A DNA stretch of 32,000 nucleotides from Candidatus Saccharimonadota bacterium (GTDB lineage Bacteria > Bacteroidota > Bacteroidia > Cytophagales > Amoebophilaceae): assembly GCF_965196625.1 (NCBI RefSeq), contig NZ_OZ239769.1, positions 840,001 through 872,000 of the forward strand, given 5' to 3'. Of the stretch, positions 1 through 8,841 are shown one piece after another. Below the pieces are notes generated by a model. That model was not told the origin of the DNA, did not search any database, and was given only the letters and a program-made list of their open reading frames with translations. The first letter of the stretch is position 1. The number at the start of each line of letters is the position of its first letter. The position numbers and the translations under genes were made by a program.

Positions 1-1302
1 TACCTTGTTAAGATCTTGTATATATTCCCACGTTTTATGTTTTGCTTTAGGCTTAGAAATATTAGACTCTAAATTTTTAATAAATTGTTCCCTTTGAGAA
101 TTTAAAATCCATCCTTCTGTTGTAGAGCCTCCTGAATTTTTCCATTTTTCAACAAAATCTTTTACTATAAACTCTATAAGCCTAGGATCAGTATCATAAT
201 ATGCTAAAAACGCTTCTTTAATCTGTTTATTTTTGATCGTGTTAAATAAGCCCTTAACATCAGACTCATTTACCCTGAACTCTAAAAGACGAAAAAAATC
301 ATCGACACTCTTATCTGCTATGTCATAGGTTGGTAGATATATTTTTGTACTTCCGATTTTTTTTACCCCGAAGTCATCAGATACTGGAAGTTTAGCATTG
401 TTGAGAGCATCTTCTGTTAGCTGTTTTTTAGTTATTTCTAATACTATCAACCCCCTTAACTCTTTTGCTCCATTTGACAGAGTATTATCATTGTTTATAA
501 ATTCTTGAGTAAACTGCCCTTGTTTAACTACCTTATTTCCTTGTTTTACTTCCTGAATTTCAACAATTTTTTCATCAACCAATGCCGTATGATAATAATT
601 GAAATAGTCTTTATCAAGCACCATAGGCTCCAAATTTGTGGTAGTAATATATTTAGCCAGTTCTTCTGATAATCTTTTTAAATCAGATTTTAGCCCTTTG
701 CTTAAATGTTCTTTTAAGGCTTGAACAGCTTGTTTTATTTTGTAACATTTTGCATCATTGTGTGTTTTTGGTATAACCGTACCAGTACTTTCATCAAGCT
801 TACTATGCTCCATACGTCCAATGTTATTATTATTTACAGTTAGTGAATCAACAATTTTAGCATTAGTGAAAATAATTAGTTTTTCTAAAATGCTTTTGTT
901 ATCTCTTGAGTTTAATTGGTCCTTGATCCTAAGGTAGGAGATAAAGTATTTTCGAAGATTAAAATCATCCTTATGCAGCGATATTGCTTTCTTACCTAGT
1001 AAAACATCAGCATCAATAGGATTGTCTTGAGCATTATCTACAAGCTTAGCTTGAAGGAAAGTATATCTCTTGTTACCACGTTCATTAAGCCTAACCACTA
1101 GGTCATCAAATTTATCTGCTATTTTAACTTCTTTACCAATATCAAAATCCTTTAATTTTGTTTTTTTTGTCAAAACATACATAAATAATCCTAGTTCATA
1201 CAATTTCCCCGGCATCTCATTGGATTCAGGCTTATTTGACTGTACAGATTGAGCAAAAGAACTGGATGCTTGGGCAGTTTGCTGGTTTTTATTTCTTGCC
1301 AT
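1..1302 (-). CDS. First 434 codons of a larger hypothetical protein that continues past the left window edge. The N-terminal ~120 aa resemble a Cap4/DUF4297-type (Mrr-like PD-(D/E)XK) nuclease module of the kind fused to STAND/NACHT NTPases. The function call is weak (about 0.3).
   Basis: I hand-translated the minus strand line by line from the ATG at 1302-1300. It gives 434 sense codons with no stop down to base 1 (MARNKNQQTAQASSSF...KTWEYIQDLNKV) in roughly 30% GC DNA, where stops are frequent. It is absent from the ORF track because no stop lies in the window. An alternative start is the ATG at 1215-1213 (MPGKLYELG). Motif string: GKLYELGLF..GKEVKIADKFDDLVV..YTFLQAKL..KLIIFTNAKI (acidic pair, then QxK, then a hydrophobic-TN strand). 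Confidence 0.8.
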   Translation of the reverse strand, partial: MARNKNQQTAQASSSFAQSVQSNKPESNEMPGKLYELGLFMYVLTKKTKLKDFDIGKEVKIADKFDDLVVRLNERGNKRYTFLQAKLVDNAQDNPIDADVLLGKKAISLHKDDFNLRKYFISYLRIKDQLNSRDNKSILEKLIIFTNAKIVDSLTVNNNNIGRMEHSKLDESTGTVIPKTHNDAKCYKIKQAVQALKEHLSKGLKSDLKRLSEELAKYITTTNLEPMVLDKDYFNYYHTALVDEKIVEIQEVKQGNKVVKQGQFTQEFINNDNTLSNGAKELRGLIVLEITKKQLTEDALNNAKLPVSDDFGVKKIGSTKIYLPTYDIADKSVDDFFRLLEFRVNESDVKGLFNTIKNKQIKEAFLAYYDTDPRLIEFIVKDFVEKWKNSGGSTTEGWILNSQREQFIKNLESNISKPKAKHKTWEYIQDLNKV

Positions 1303-1866
1303 TGCCTTAAAAGATTTGTCTTATGCATTACTACATAAGCATCGTGAATATTATGCACACTTAAACGCCTTTTGACCTAAAAAGCGTCTAATCTTTCTAA
1401 ATAGTTTTAAAATGAGATGATATCATCAAATAGGTGATCTATTGCAATAATAGATTCAATGCCTATATCGAAATTTTATTTTAATACTTTAACGGAGAGA
1501 AAAAATGATAAAAAGTTGTACCGATTTCTAGGCTATGTTTTACGGTATTTTTAATAGTAAAAAATTAAAATATAAAAGTCAATAAATTTTTTAATTTATT
1601 GTTATTATACTATTTTAGTATTGATTATCATATTTTTTATTTTTTATTACTCTAAAACAGGAGGATATAAGGGTAGGCTATAGATCTTTCTTGTTAATCG
1701 GTGGGAGAAGGGGCAAAATATATAACTCTAAGCGTGGTTTTTATTTCAAATCATATCCTAATATCTTAGCGTATTAATATAATAATAACGCGTATCTGGT
1801 AGTATTAAAAGTTCAGATGCACGTTATGTAGACCTAACCCAACATATTATGGCCTAGATCATCAGC

Positions 1867-2524
1867 CTACTCATATCTGTCTTCCTGGCCATATCTATTC
1901 GTTAAACTCACATCACCATACTTTTTACAAACCAAATCACAAGTAGTATAAGCAGCTAGTACCGACTTTCTTGAAAAAGCAATACCACATTCTATTACCT
2001 CTTTGACATGAGGATAGTGTAATATTTCTGTATGATAGGCTTGAGCTTGTATTTGCTCTAAGGCAAGTTTAGAAGCGTTTTCTAATTCTTCTTCTTTACG
2101 TACCTGCTTAAATTCCAATAAAATAGCCCTTTGACCATTTTTAGGAATGATTAATACGTCATATCTTCCTAAGCCACTTTCTCGGTTAGACTTTACGTAA
2201 TGGGTTCTACCTAAGCTGGCTAACATAGCCAGTATAAAACCATGATAAAAGCCCTCTGATTTTCTAGGGAAATGGGTATCAAAAGAGCTAGCGCTTTGCA
2301 GTAAAAAGCATCTTAATAACAGGGTACTTACCTTGATGTTGGGCAATGTATCTACCACCATCTAGCTTACCGATTGCTAACTCATCAAATAAGCCTGCTG
2401 TGCTTACACCATTCACTTCTGGAGCAAAAAAATGGTGTAGCATAGACATATTTAACGTTTTTCCCCAACGAACTATGTTAATAAGCAAATTTTTTGATGC
2501 AAATATTTGGCCTCTAAGATCCAT
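1867..2524 (-). pseudogene. AAA-ATPase-like / PD-(D/E)XK (DUF1703-type; PF09820+PF08011-like) gene, 5'-truncated and internally deleted
   Basis: ORF 2288..2524 carries the family N-terminal signature RWGKTLNMSMLHHFF...GKYPVIKMLF (compare RPRRFGKTLN.SML..FF...YPVI.LDF). Only about 19 aa precede it, where about 45 are expected. ORF 1867..2361 is in another frame and overlaps it. It carries the C-terminal nuclease domain: SEGFYHGFILAML...GLGRYDVLIIPKNGQRAILLEFKQ...ALEQIQAQAY. The roughly 300 codons normally between these parts are missing. Confidence 0.7.
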
Positions 2525-2533
2525 CTTGATTGT

Positions 2534-2581
2534 GATGTGGATTTATGGATAACTTTAACAAGTTATCCATAAGTCCACATC
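2534..2581. repeat. Near-perfect 22-bp inverted repeat (hairpin) with a 4-nt spacer
   Basis: GATGTGGATTTATGGATAACTT (2534-2555), spacer TAAC (2556-2559), AAGTTATCCATAAGTCCACATC (2560-2581). That is 21 Watson-Crick pairs plus one T:G. Pairing can extend to 2531-2584. It lies between the stop of the IS110-like ORF (2641) and the truncated 5' end of the DUF1703-type pseudogene (2524). Confidence 0.9.
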
Positions 2582-2640
2582 ATAGCTACTAAATATAGTT
2601 TAAATTTTATATGCATAATCAAATATATAGTGTATGCATA

Positions 2641-3185
2641 CTAAGGATTTACCTTTAGTTTAGATATATAGCCATCTACATACAAAGTATTGCCTCTCAT
2701 GATAGCAAATACTTGTCTAATAAGTTTATTAGCTACAGCAATAAGTGCCACTTTCCCAGGTTTACCTCTTTCTTTTAATCTTTCATAAAATGCTTTACAG
2801 GACTTATTAAACCGTATGGCAGGCCAAGAAGACATATAGAGCAAAGAACGCAATTGGGGGTTTCCATGACGATTAATATGGCCTTTTTTTCTTACAGATG
2901 AGCCTGAATGCTCATAAATAGGAGCTAACCCGACGTACTTAGAAAACTGTTTAGCACTTTGAAAATGGCTACCTCCACCAGTAGAAACGATAAGTTCCAT
3001 AGCAGTTTTATCGCCAATGCCTTTAATAGAACTAATCTGTTTATAGAGCTCATTATAGTTTTCCTTTGTAATAGAAAGCATTTGCTGCTTAGAATTTTTA
3101 AGGCTACATCGTCTGTTTTAGGCAACACATTAAAAGATTCTAGTAAATTATAAGACACAGCTTCCTTTCTTTTTCTACTTAACAT
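2641..3185 (-). mobile_element. IS110-family transposase remnant. The C-terminal Transposase_20-like half is present, the N-terminal DEDD catalytic domain is absent, and there is at least one frameshift.
   Basis: ORF 2641..3081 reads SSIKGIGDKTAMELIV..FQSAKQFSKYVGLAPIYEHSGSSVRKKGHINRHGNPQLRSLLYMSSWPAIRFN..KAFYERLKERGKPGKVALIAVANKLIRQVFAIM, the typical IS110/IS116/IS902 C-terminal signature. The preceding linker-like segment (SRKRKEAVSYNLLESFNVLPKTDDVALK, about 3185-3096) is in a different frame. Nothing resembling the N-terminal IGIDVSK-type domain lies upstream. Confidence 0.75.
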
Positions 3186-3572
3186 AATATTAATTATATA
3201 ACAAAATGGGAAAATACAGAACCCAATGAAATACAGAATTTGCTCATTACCATGGTGTTTATAAAACAGATAAAAAACTGTCGAAGATGGATTAGATTGC
3301 CGTACGCAGTTCAAAGATATTTTGGAAACTATAGCTCGGGAAATGATGCTAACAGCAATCAATATCCTAATCCTATTGCGCCTATCAGAGTAGCACTACA
3401 ACCATTTCAAGATGATGTACTTCTTCCATCTAGTATCACCAGAAATCTTCAAATTCAATACATCTCCTTTTCAAAAAACAACTCTTTTTTTTCTTCATCT
3501 CAAGGAAATGGTTAATATATTTGCATATATATGCTATAAAATGGTATATTATATTAATTATTTGTATTTCAT

Positions 3573-4229
3573 ATGACAAAATCTTCTATATATTATATTG
3601 TTATGCATAGATTCAATGTTAGGCTTTCTAGCTACTTTCTAATTTGTTTTTATAAAGCTTGTAAAGAAAATATCAGTAAACATTGGCTAATATTTATGAA
3701 TTGTTTATTTGTTATTCAGCCTATTTTAGCGGCACCTGTTATAAAGGAAATCAACCAAGCTTCGTTACCAAAATCCGAGGTTGAATTTGAAGTACAGTAT
3801 TATAATTGCCTTAATCCAGTTGTTTTTAAAAGGGCAACTAAGTCATGGGGTACCGTTAAATGGGATTTTAGATTTTTTAAATCTAAATATGGTGATGTAC
3901 CTGTTTCAGTTCAACTTAGTGAAATATTAACAGGTGAATTGCAAGGGCCAGTTAAAACGGTTTATATTAATTCAACTTTAAAAAACTATATAGATGATGT
4001 AGAAAAGAATGGTCTTAAGGCTGGTTATCTTAGCCAGTTTGATATATTAAATATTCATCTTGAATTAAATGATTCACTAGAGCTTCCCAAGTTTTTTAAG
4101 TCTAAATTTCTTTCTATTACCAATCTATGGATAGGCCCTAAAGGAACAAACTCTAAATTACATTATGATTCAGATCATAATCTTTTTATGCAAATTCATG
4201 GAAAAAAACTTGTATTGACCTCTTTTTAA
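3573..4229 (+). pseudogene. JmjC / cupin-8-like (KDM8/JMJD5-like fold) gene fragment, truncated shortly after the HxD iron-binding motif
   Basis: NLWIGPKGTNSKLHYDSDHNLFMQIHGKKLVL matches the JmjC core (W.GP.GT...LH.D...N...Q..G.K...L). The N-terminal part, NPVVFKRATKSWGTVKWDFRFFKSKYGDVPVSVQL, matches the cupin-8 lead-in. The ORF stops 22 aa after HYD, so the distal metal-binding His is missing. The likely true start is the ATG at 3696 (MNCLF...). Confidence 0.6.
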
Positions 4230-4601
4230 AAAAAGAGGGACAACATGGATATCTTGTAAGGATTCAAGATCAAAAAATTGAGAGGTTTTAACCGGACCAT
4301 CTTGATCTAACCAATCTTTAGGAGGTTCGTATACAGATATTGCGGTAGCAAAATAGATTTCCACCTTATGTGCATTATACTTTTTGTCAAAAAATTCTGC
4401 AACATAGACAATCTGTTTTGGTTTAACATCAAGGCCTGTTTCTTCTTTTACTTCTCTTACAATGCAATCTGGAAGAACTTCACCTGGTTCTAAGTGTCCA
4501 CCAGGGGTATGCCAAGTTTTATAATCATTGCTAACAAGCAACAACTGTCTATTTTTTACTATTATCGCTCTAGCTGTTACCCGTAAAGTGTAATCTTGCA
4601 T
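4170..4601 (-). CDS. Nudix (MutT-family) hydrolase
   Basis: Complete Nudix box GGHLEPGEVLPDCIVREVKEETGL (GX5EX7REUXEEXGU). 143 aa, a typical size. Its last ~20 codons overlap the 3' end of the cupin fragment on the opposite strand. Confidence 0.85.
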   Translation of the reverse strand: MQDYTLRVTARAIIVKNRQLLLVSNDYKTWHTPGGHLEPGEVLPDCIVREVKEETGLDVKPKQIVYVAEFFDKKYNAHKVEIYFATAISVYEPPKDWLDQDGPVKTSQFFDLESLQDIHVVPLFLKRGQYKFFSMNLHKKIMI

Positions 4602-5020
4602 TTTATCATATTTATTTATGTACCCTAAGTACTAGGCACCTATTAATTATGGGGTAAATCATATTGGGAAACCCTATCGCTTTTAAAATGTGCTACATTT
4701 TGAGTCAAATTTTTTCTGTCTATATGTGTGCCTATTCTGCCTGTTTCTTTATATTTAGTGATGTGTAGTACGGAATATTGTATGGGTTGTATCGTATATT
4801 GCTGCATATAAATCATGGGAAATTCCTTTCCCTTTTGCTTGATTATAGATTAACTAAATCGGAGAATAGGGCAATTGTGTGGATACACTTTACGTAGTAA
4901 AGTATAGTGTGCTATACTTTTGAAAAAGTAGCCTACATTTATATGTAAACTGTATGGGAAAAAGTAGTCGTATTTTGTGTAGTAGTGTTATGTTGCTTTA
5001 ATAAGATTTCAATAAGAGAT

Positions 5021-6387
5021 TTATTCTTTTATATGCTCTTCATGTATTTCATATGCCCAGTTATCTATCATTCTGGTTTCCTCATTGAAGTTAATGCCTA
5101 GTAGTATAATGGCTTTTTGTCTGAGTAAATAAGGTTTATAATACCCGTTTGATTTGATTTGTTCTAAGGCTATTTTTCCAGTAGATTTGTATTTGATTTC
5201 TATGATGTAGATGGCCGTTTCTAATTCTAAAACAATGTCTGATCTACCTTGACTAGAAACTGATTCACTATGCATATGCATTTTTCTCCCTCCTAAAAAT
5301 CTCAATCCTTGCAGCAGCATATGTAAGTTGCTGTGGTACTGTTTTTCCTGTTTTGTATCTATATAGTAGGGCAGTGTGGCAAAGGCTGTATTGATATATT
5401 CTATAAACATTTCAATTTTTTTGTCAGCTAGTGCCTTTCTAATTTTATCTCGTTCTTGTAAAAAATAATCTTTTACACTCTTTTCCAAACTGGATTGTAT
5501 GCTCTTCTGAAAAGAGGCCTCTATTTCTTTGTTAGGGAATTTTAGAATGTATAGCCCAGTAGCGTCATCATAATTATGAATGGTTAAATACCCCGTTTGA
5601 AACATTAGAGACTTTAAACTAATCTCGCTCCTACTGCCTGTATACATTAGATCTTCTCTAGTGGCTTCTATTTGAAGATTATCTGCCTATCAGGATCTGC
5701 TAACATCTGGTTAATCAGTATAGTTGGGCTACCTGATTCGTACCAGTAGTTTTCTAGTTTACTAGAGTCTAAAAATCTTAGCGTAGACCAGGGATTATAT
5801 ACACTTAAGCCATCTTCATAAAACTTATATCCATTATAATAGGTTGCAATCTGTCCCATTACTTCTGATGGCGTTATCTTTTTATTTTCTTTTGTACTCC
5901 ATATTTTAGCAATATCTTCTAAGTTTTTTGAGAATATGGTTATAATTTCTTGCTGGGTATAACCAAACATCGCATCAGCAGATGCATCAATAGTGATATC
6001 TTTTAAATGATTAGCCCCTGAAAAGACATCCGATAAACTAAATTTGCTTACGCCAGTGATAAAGGTGAGTTGAAAGTAGTCATTTAGTGACTTCAAAGTC
6101 ATAAAAAAATCTTTCATGACTTTGATGTTGGCCTTTTCTAGGTCAGAACCTTTGGTTAGATGAACTATAGGCGCATCGTATTCGTCTATAAGGACTACTA
6201 TTCTAGGTTCGTAATGTGCTGATTTGGTCGCATTATTTGCACGGCTTAAGCCGGCTAACTTCATGACTAAATCTTCCAACATATCCTTTACAGTATGTGC
6301 TTCTATGACTAGGTCATATAGAGATGCTATGTTTTTTAAGGATCTTTTAATTGATTTTTTTAGTTCTTCAGGTGTGTCATTGGTCAA
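5021..6387 (-). pseudogene. Second, non-identical AAA-ATPase-like / PD-(D/E)XK (DUF1703-type) gene. It is frameshifted and lacks a recognisable Walker-type N-terminus.
   Basis: ORF 5668..6387 reads RIVVLIDEYDAPI...FITGVSKFSLSDVFSGANHLKDITID...YYNGYKF...VYNPWS...NYWYESGSPT, the family middle region. ORF 5021..5647 reads FQTGYLTI...YILKFPNKEIE...QGRSDIVLELETAIYIIEIKYKS..ALEQIKSNGYY, the PDDEXK_9-like domain with D...E.K. The two parts are in different frames: 6387-5647=740, which is not a multiple of 3. Hand translation across 5648-5667 restores continuity (..IFK / IEATREDLMYTG..) with a single frameshift. Confidence 0.75.
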
Positions 6388-7087
6388 TCTAGAGTGATCC
6401 AGTTTAATGACCGGATACTTCTTCCATTTTTAGAAATCTATTCACTGAATGAATGGTTTGTTTTTCTCTTGCACAGCTATATTTCATGTTTTTTTTGAGT
6501 TTATGGGTATATTTTGTTTCCGGTATATACCGAGCAGGGTTTAAACTAATGCCCAATAGATCTTCTGTTTGTCCTAAGATCATTTTTTTAAAGCTCATAT
6601 TCTTGAGTCTTTTACCTAAGTTAACCGCATCTCTTACCGCTCTACCAGCCTTTTCTATAGCTCTTTTGGTTTCCATAGGCCATATCCGTTTTCTCGATTG
6701 CAGCGGCCTCATGTTATGGAAACAATAGCTTATAACTTATATAGGGCTCCAAATATCATATTAAAAGGTATTTAGTCGGATGGTCTATCTAAAATGAACG
6801 AAAATGATCATGAAAATCAATAAATAATAAAATTTATAGGTGCCTAACCAAAAAAAATCAAAAAAAATAACACTAGAGGCATAATAAAAAATCTACTATA
6901 TACCTACCACTAAAAACTTGGGAGGATAGTAAAAAGTTAGTCTTTGAAAAAAATAATCAAATCGCGTACCTTAAAAGCATACCTGACAAGATAGACTTAA
7001 CTGACAAGAGGAAACTTTAATTTTTTACTGTCTGTAAGATTAAATCTTGATTACTACAGCTTAGGAATAAACATTATTAAATTTGGT

Positions 7088-8593
7088 TTGTATATGATAC
7101 TGTATACTTTTCCCCTTCTAATGGTATTGGCCTTTTTGTTATTGACCCTATTATTAGGCCTTTACGTTAGTAAAAAGGAAATTACATATCGCGAATATGC
7201 TGTAGGCAATAAGCGGTTTCACACAACTACTTTAGTGTTTACAGTGTTGGCTACAACTTTTGGAGGAGGGATCATCATGAGCGGAGTACCGAATATTTAT
7301 GCTATTGGAATGAAGTTCATAGTCTTTTCATTTATAATGGCATTGGTTTTTTATACAATCAGTCTACTGGGGTTGCGTATGGGGGCATTTATGAAGCACT
7401 TTTCTATTGCAGAGACGATAGGTAGCATATATGGAAAGTATCCAAGAGCTATTGCTGCTGTATTAGGTACCTGTTTGTCTATTGCTGTTGTTACCATTCA
7501 AATCAATGTAATGTCTTTTGCTATTGGCATGTGTATAGATTCGATTAACCCTCGTACCCTAACCGTGTTAGCAACCCTAGTCCTTATTGCTTACGCTATG
7601 CTTGGAGGGGTACGTGCCATTGCTATTACTGATGTGTTACAATGTATAACATTTATAGTGATTATGGCGCTACTTATTAAATTTTTATTTATAAAAACAG
7701 GCAAATCATTTTTAGAGGTTGTATTGCTTCTACAACAACAAGAGAAATTTCAATTCAGTAGCTTCTTCCAAGTTAATAGAAATCTATTGATGCTTGTTTT
7801 GAATGGTCTATGGCTTGCATTTTTGCTGCCCATTCCAGCTATACAGAGAGTGTACACGGCTTCTAGTCCGATTCAAGCCTATAAGATTTTCTTACGTGTA
7901 ACGCTTTTTAGCATTATTATAATTGGGGGTGTCGTGTCCATTAGTCTGCTTATCTTTATAAAAAATCCAACGCTACTGCAAACAGAAATTTGGCCATATA
8001 TCTTGGCTGATATGTCGCCTGCTTATAAAGGGTGTATAGTGATTTGTTTATTAGGAATGACCATGTCCACAGCTGATTCTAACTTACACGCTGTTTCCAT
8101 TCTGGTTAGCCATGATATAGTGGAATGTATACGAGGAATAAAAGTAGCCTCACATATTCACCAGCTTAGATTAGCTAAATTAACTGTACTAGTTACTGGT
8201 CTATTGGCTATGATAGCGGCGGTTTACTATCCTGATATATTTCAATTATGTATTTATATTAATAGCTATATTGCAGTGGCTTTTGGCGATACAGTGATAC
8301 CTCCTTTTATCTTGGCTATTTTTGGTTTTCGGGGTAGTTCCCGTACGGCCTTGATTGGAATGGCTGTAGGTATATTGTTTGATGTGGCTTGGGATCAATG
8401 GGTTAAACCTGAAATAGAAATATCTGCTGGATGCTTACCAATGGTAGCTAATGGTTTGGCTATGATGGCTGCGCACTACCTACTGCCACAACCAGAGGGT
8501 AAGGGGTGGATTGGGAAAAATGATCAACAGAAAAGAATGGAACAATTGATACGGGCATTTAAAAGATATAAAAAAAATATAGATCTAAGGTAG
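7088..8593 (+). CDS. Sodium:solute symporter (SSS) family transporter
   Basis: 501 aa, hydrophobic throughout with about 12-13 predicted TM spans. The N-terminal pattern YREYAVGNKRF..TTLVFTVLATTFGGG is typical of the SSS family. The track start at 7088 is TTG; the first ATG is at 7094. Confidence 0.7.
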   Translation: MYMILYTFPLLMVLAFLLLTLLLGLYVSKKEITYREYAVGNKRFHTTTLVFTVLATTFGGGIIMSGVPNIYAIGMKFIVFSFIMALVFYTISLLGLRMGAFMKHFSIAETIGSIYGKYPRAIAAVLGTCLSIAVVTIQINVMSFAIGMCIDSINPRTLTVLATLVLIAYAMLGGVRAIAITDVLQCITFIVIMALLIKFLFIKTGKSFLEVVLLLQQQEKFQFSSFFQVNRNLLMLVLNGLWLAFLLPIPAIQRVYTASSPIQAYKIFLRVTLFSIIIIGGVVSISLLIFIKNPTLLQTEIWPYILADMSPAYKGCIVICLLGMTMSTADSNLHAVSILVSHDIVECIRGIKVASHIHQLRLAKLTVLVTGLLAMIAAVYYPDIFQLCIYINSYIAVAFGDTVIPPFILAIFGFRGSSRTALIGMAVGILFDVAWDQWVKPEIEISAGCLPMVANGLAMMAAHYLLPQPEGKGWIGKNDQQKRMEQLIRAFKRYKKNIDLR

Positions 8594-8841
8594 GACCATG
8601 CTATAGATAGATCAAGAGGTAGCCGATTATATGTAACTGAAGATGGTATATGCTCCTTTACACTTTCTTTCCTATTTGCTTGATTTAGCCCAGTTGATTT
8701 TTATGTTGTCTAGGAATGAAAAATTAGAGAAAAGAGCAGCTATCGACCGATCGGCTGCCGATAAAGGAATCCCTTACTTCAGAAAAGGGGGAAATTTTCT
8801 AACAAACTGGCTTTCAAAAGCAATCTCCATTAATCCTTAAC

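Noticed and set aside
4887-4919. Two adjacent short hairpins (ACTTTAC-GTA-GTAAAGT and AAGTATAG-TGTG-CTATACTT) between the Nudix gene and the second pseudogene
   Set aside because: These are 7-8-bp AT-rich stems, easily generated by chance in ~30% GC DNA. They have no positional logic relative to gene ends.
6404-6712. 102-aa minus-strand ORF directly upstream of the second DUF1703-type pseudogene, considered as its missing N-terminus or a transposase fragment
   Set aside because: I could not align it convincingly to the family N-terminal signature (PIG..F....YVDKT....RPRRFGKS) or to any transposase motif by eye. Left unassigned.
6983-7009. Perfect 9-bp direct repeat CTGACAAGA x2 with 18-bp periodicity, ~80-100 nt upstream of the SSS transporter
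   Set aside because: It could be an operator. However, a single 9-mer pair in 375 bp of biased sequence is only marginally unexpected, and there is no dyad symmetry or supporting context.
8643-8840. 65-aa + strand ORF and a small GC-rich palindromic patch (GCAGCTATCGACCGATCGGCTGC) between the convergent SSS transporter and Ser/Pro-rich genes
   Set aside because: The ORF has no motif or plausible signal. The palindrome gives only short (4-5 bp) helices with awkward loops, which does not convince as a terminator.
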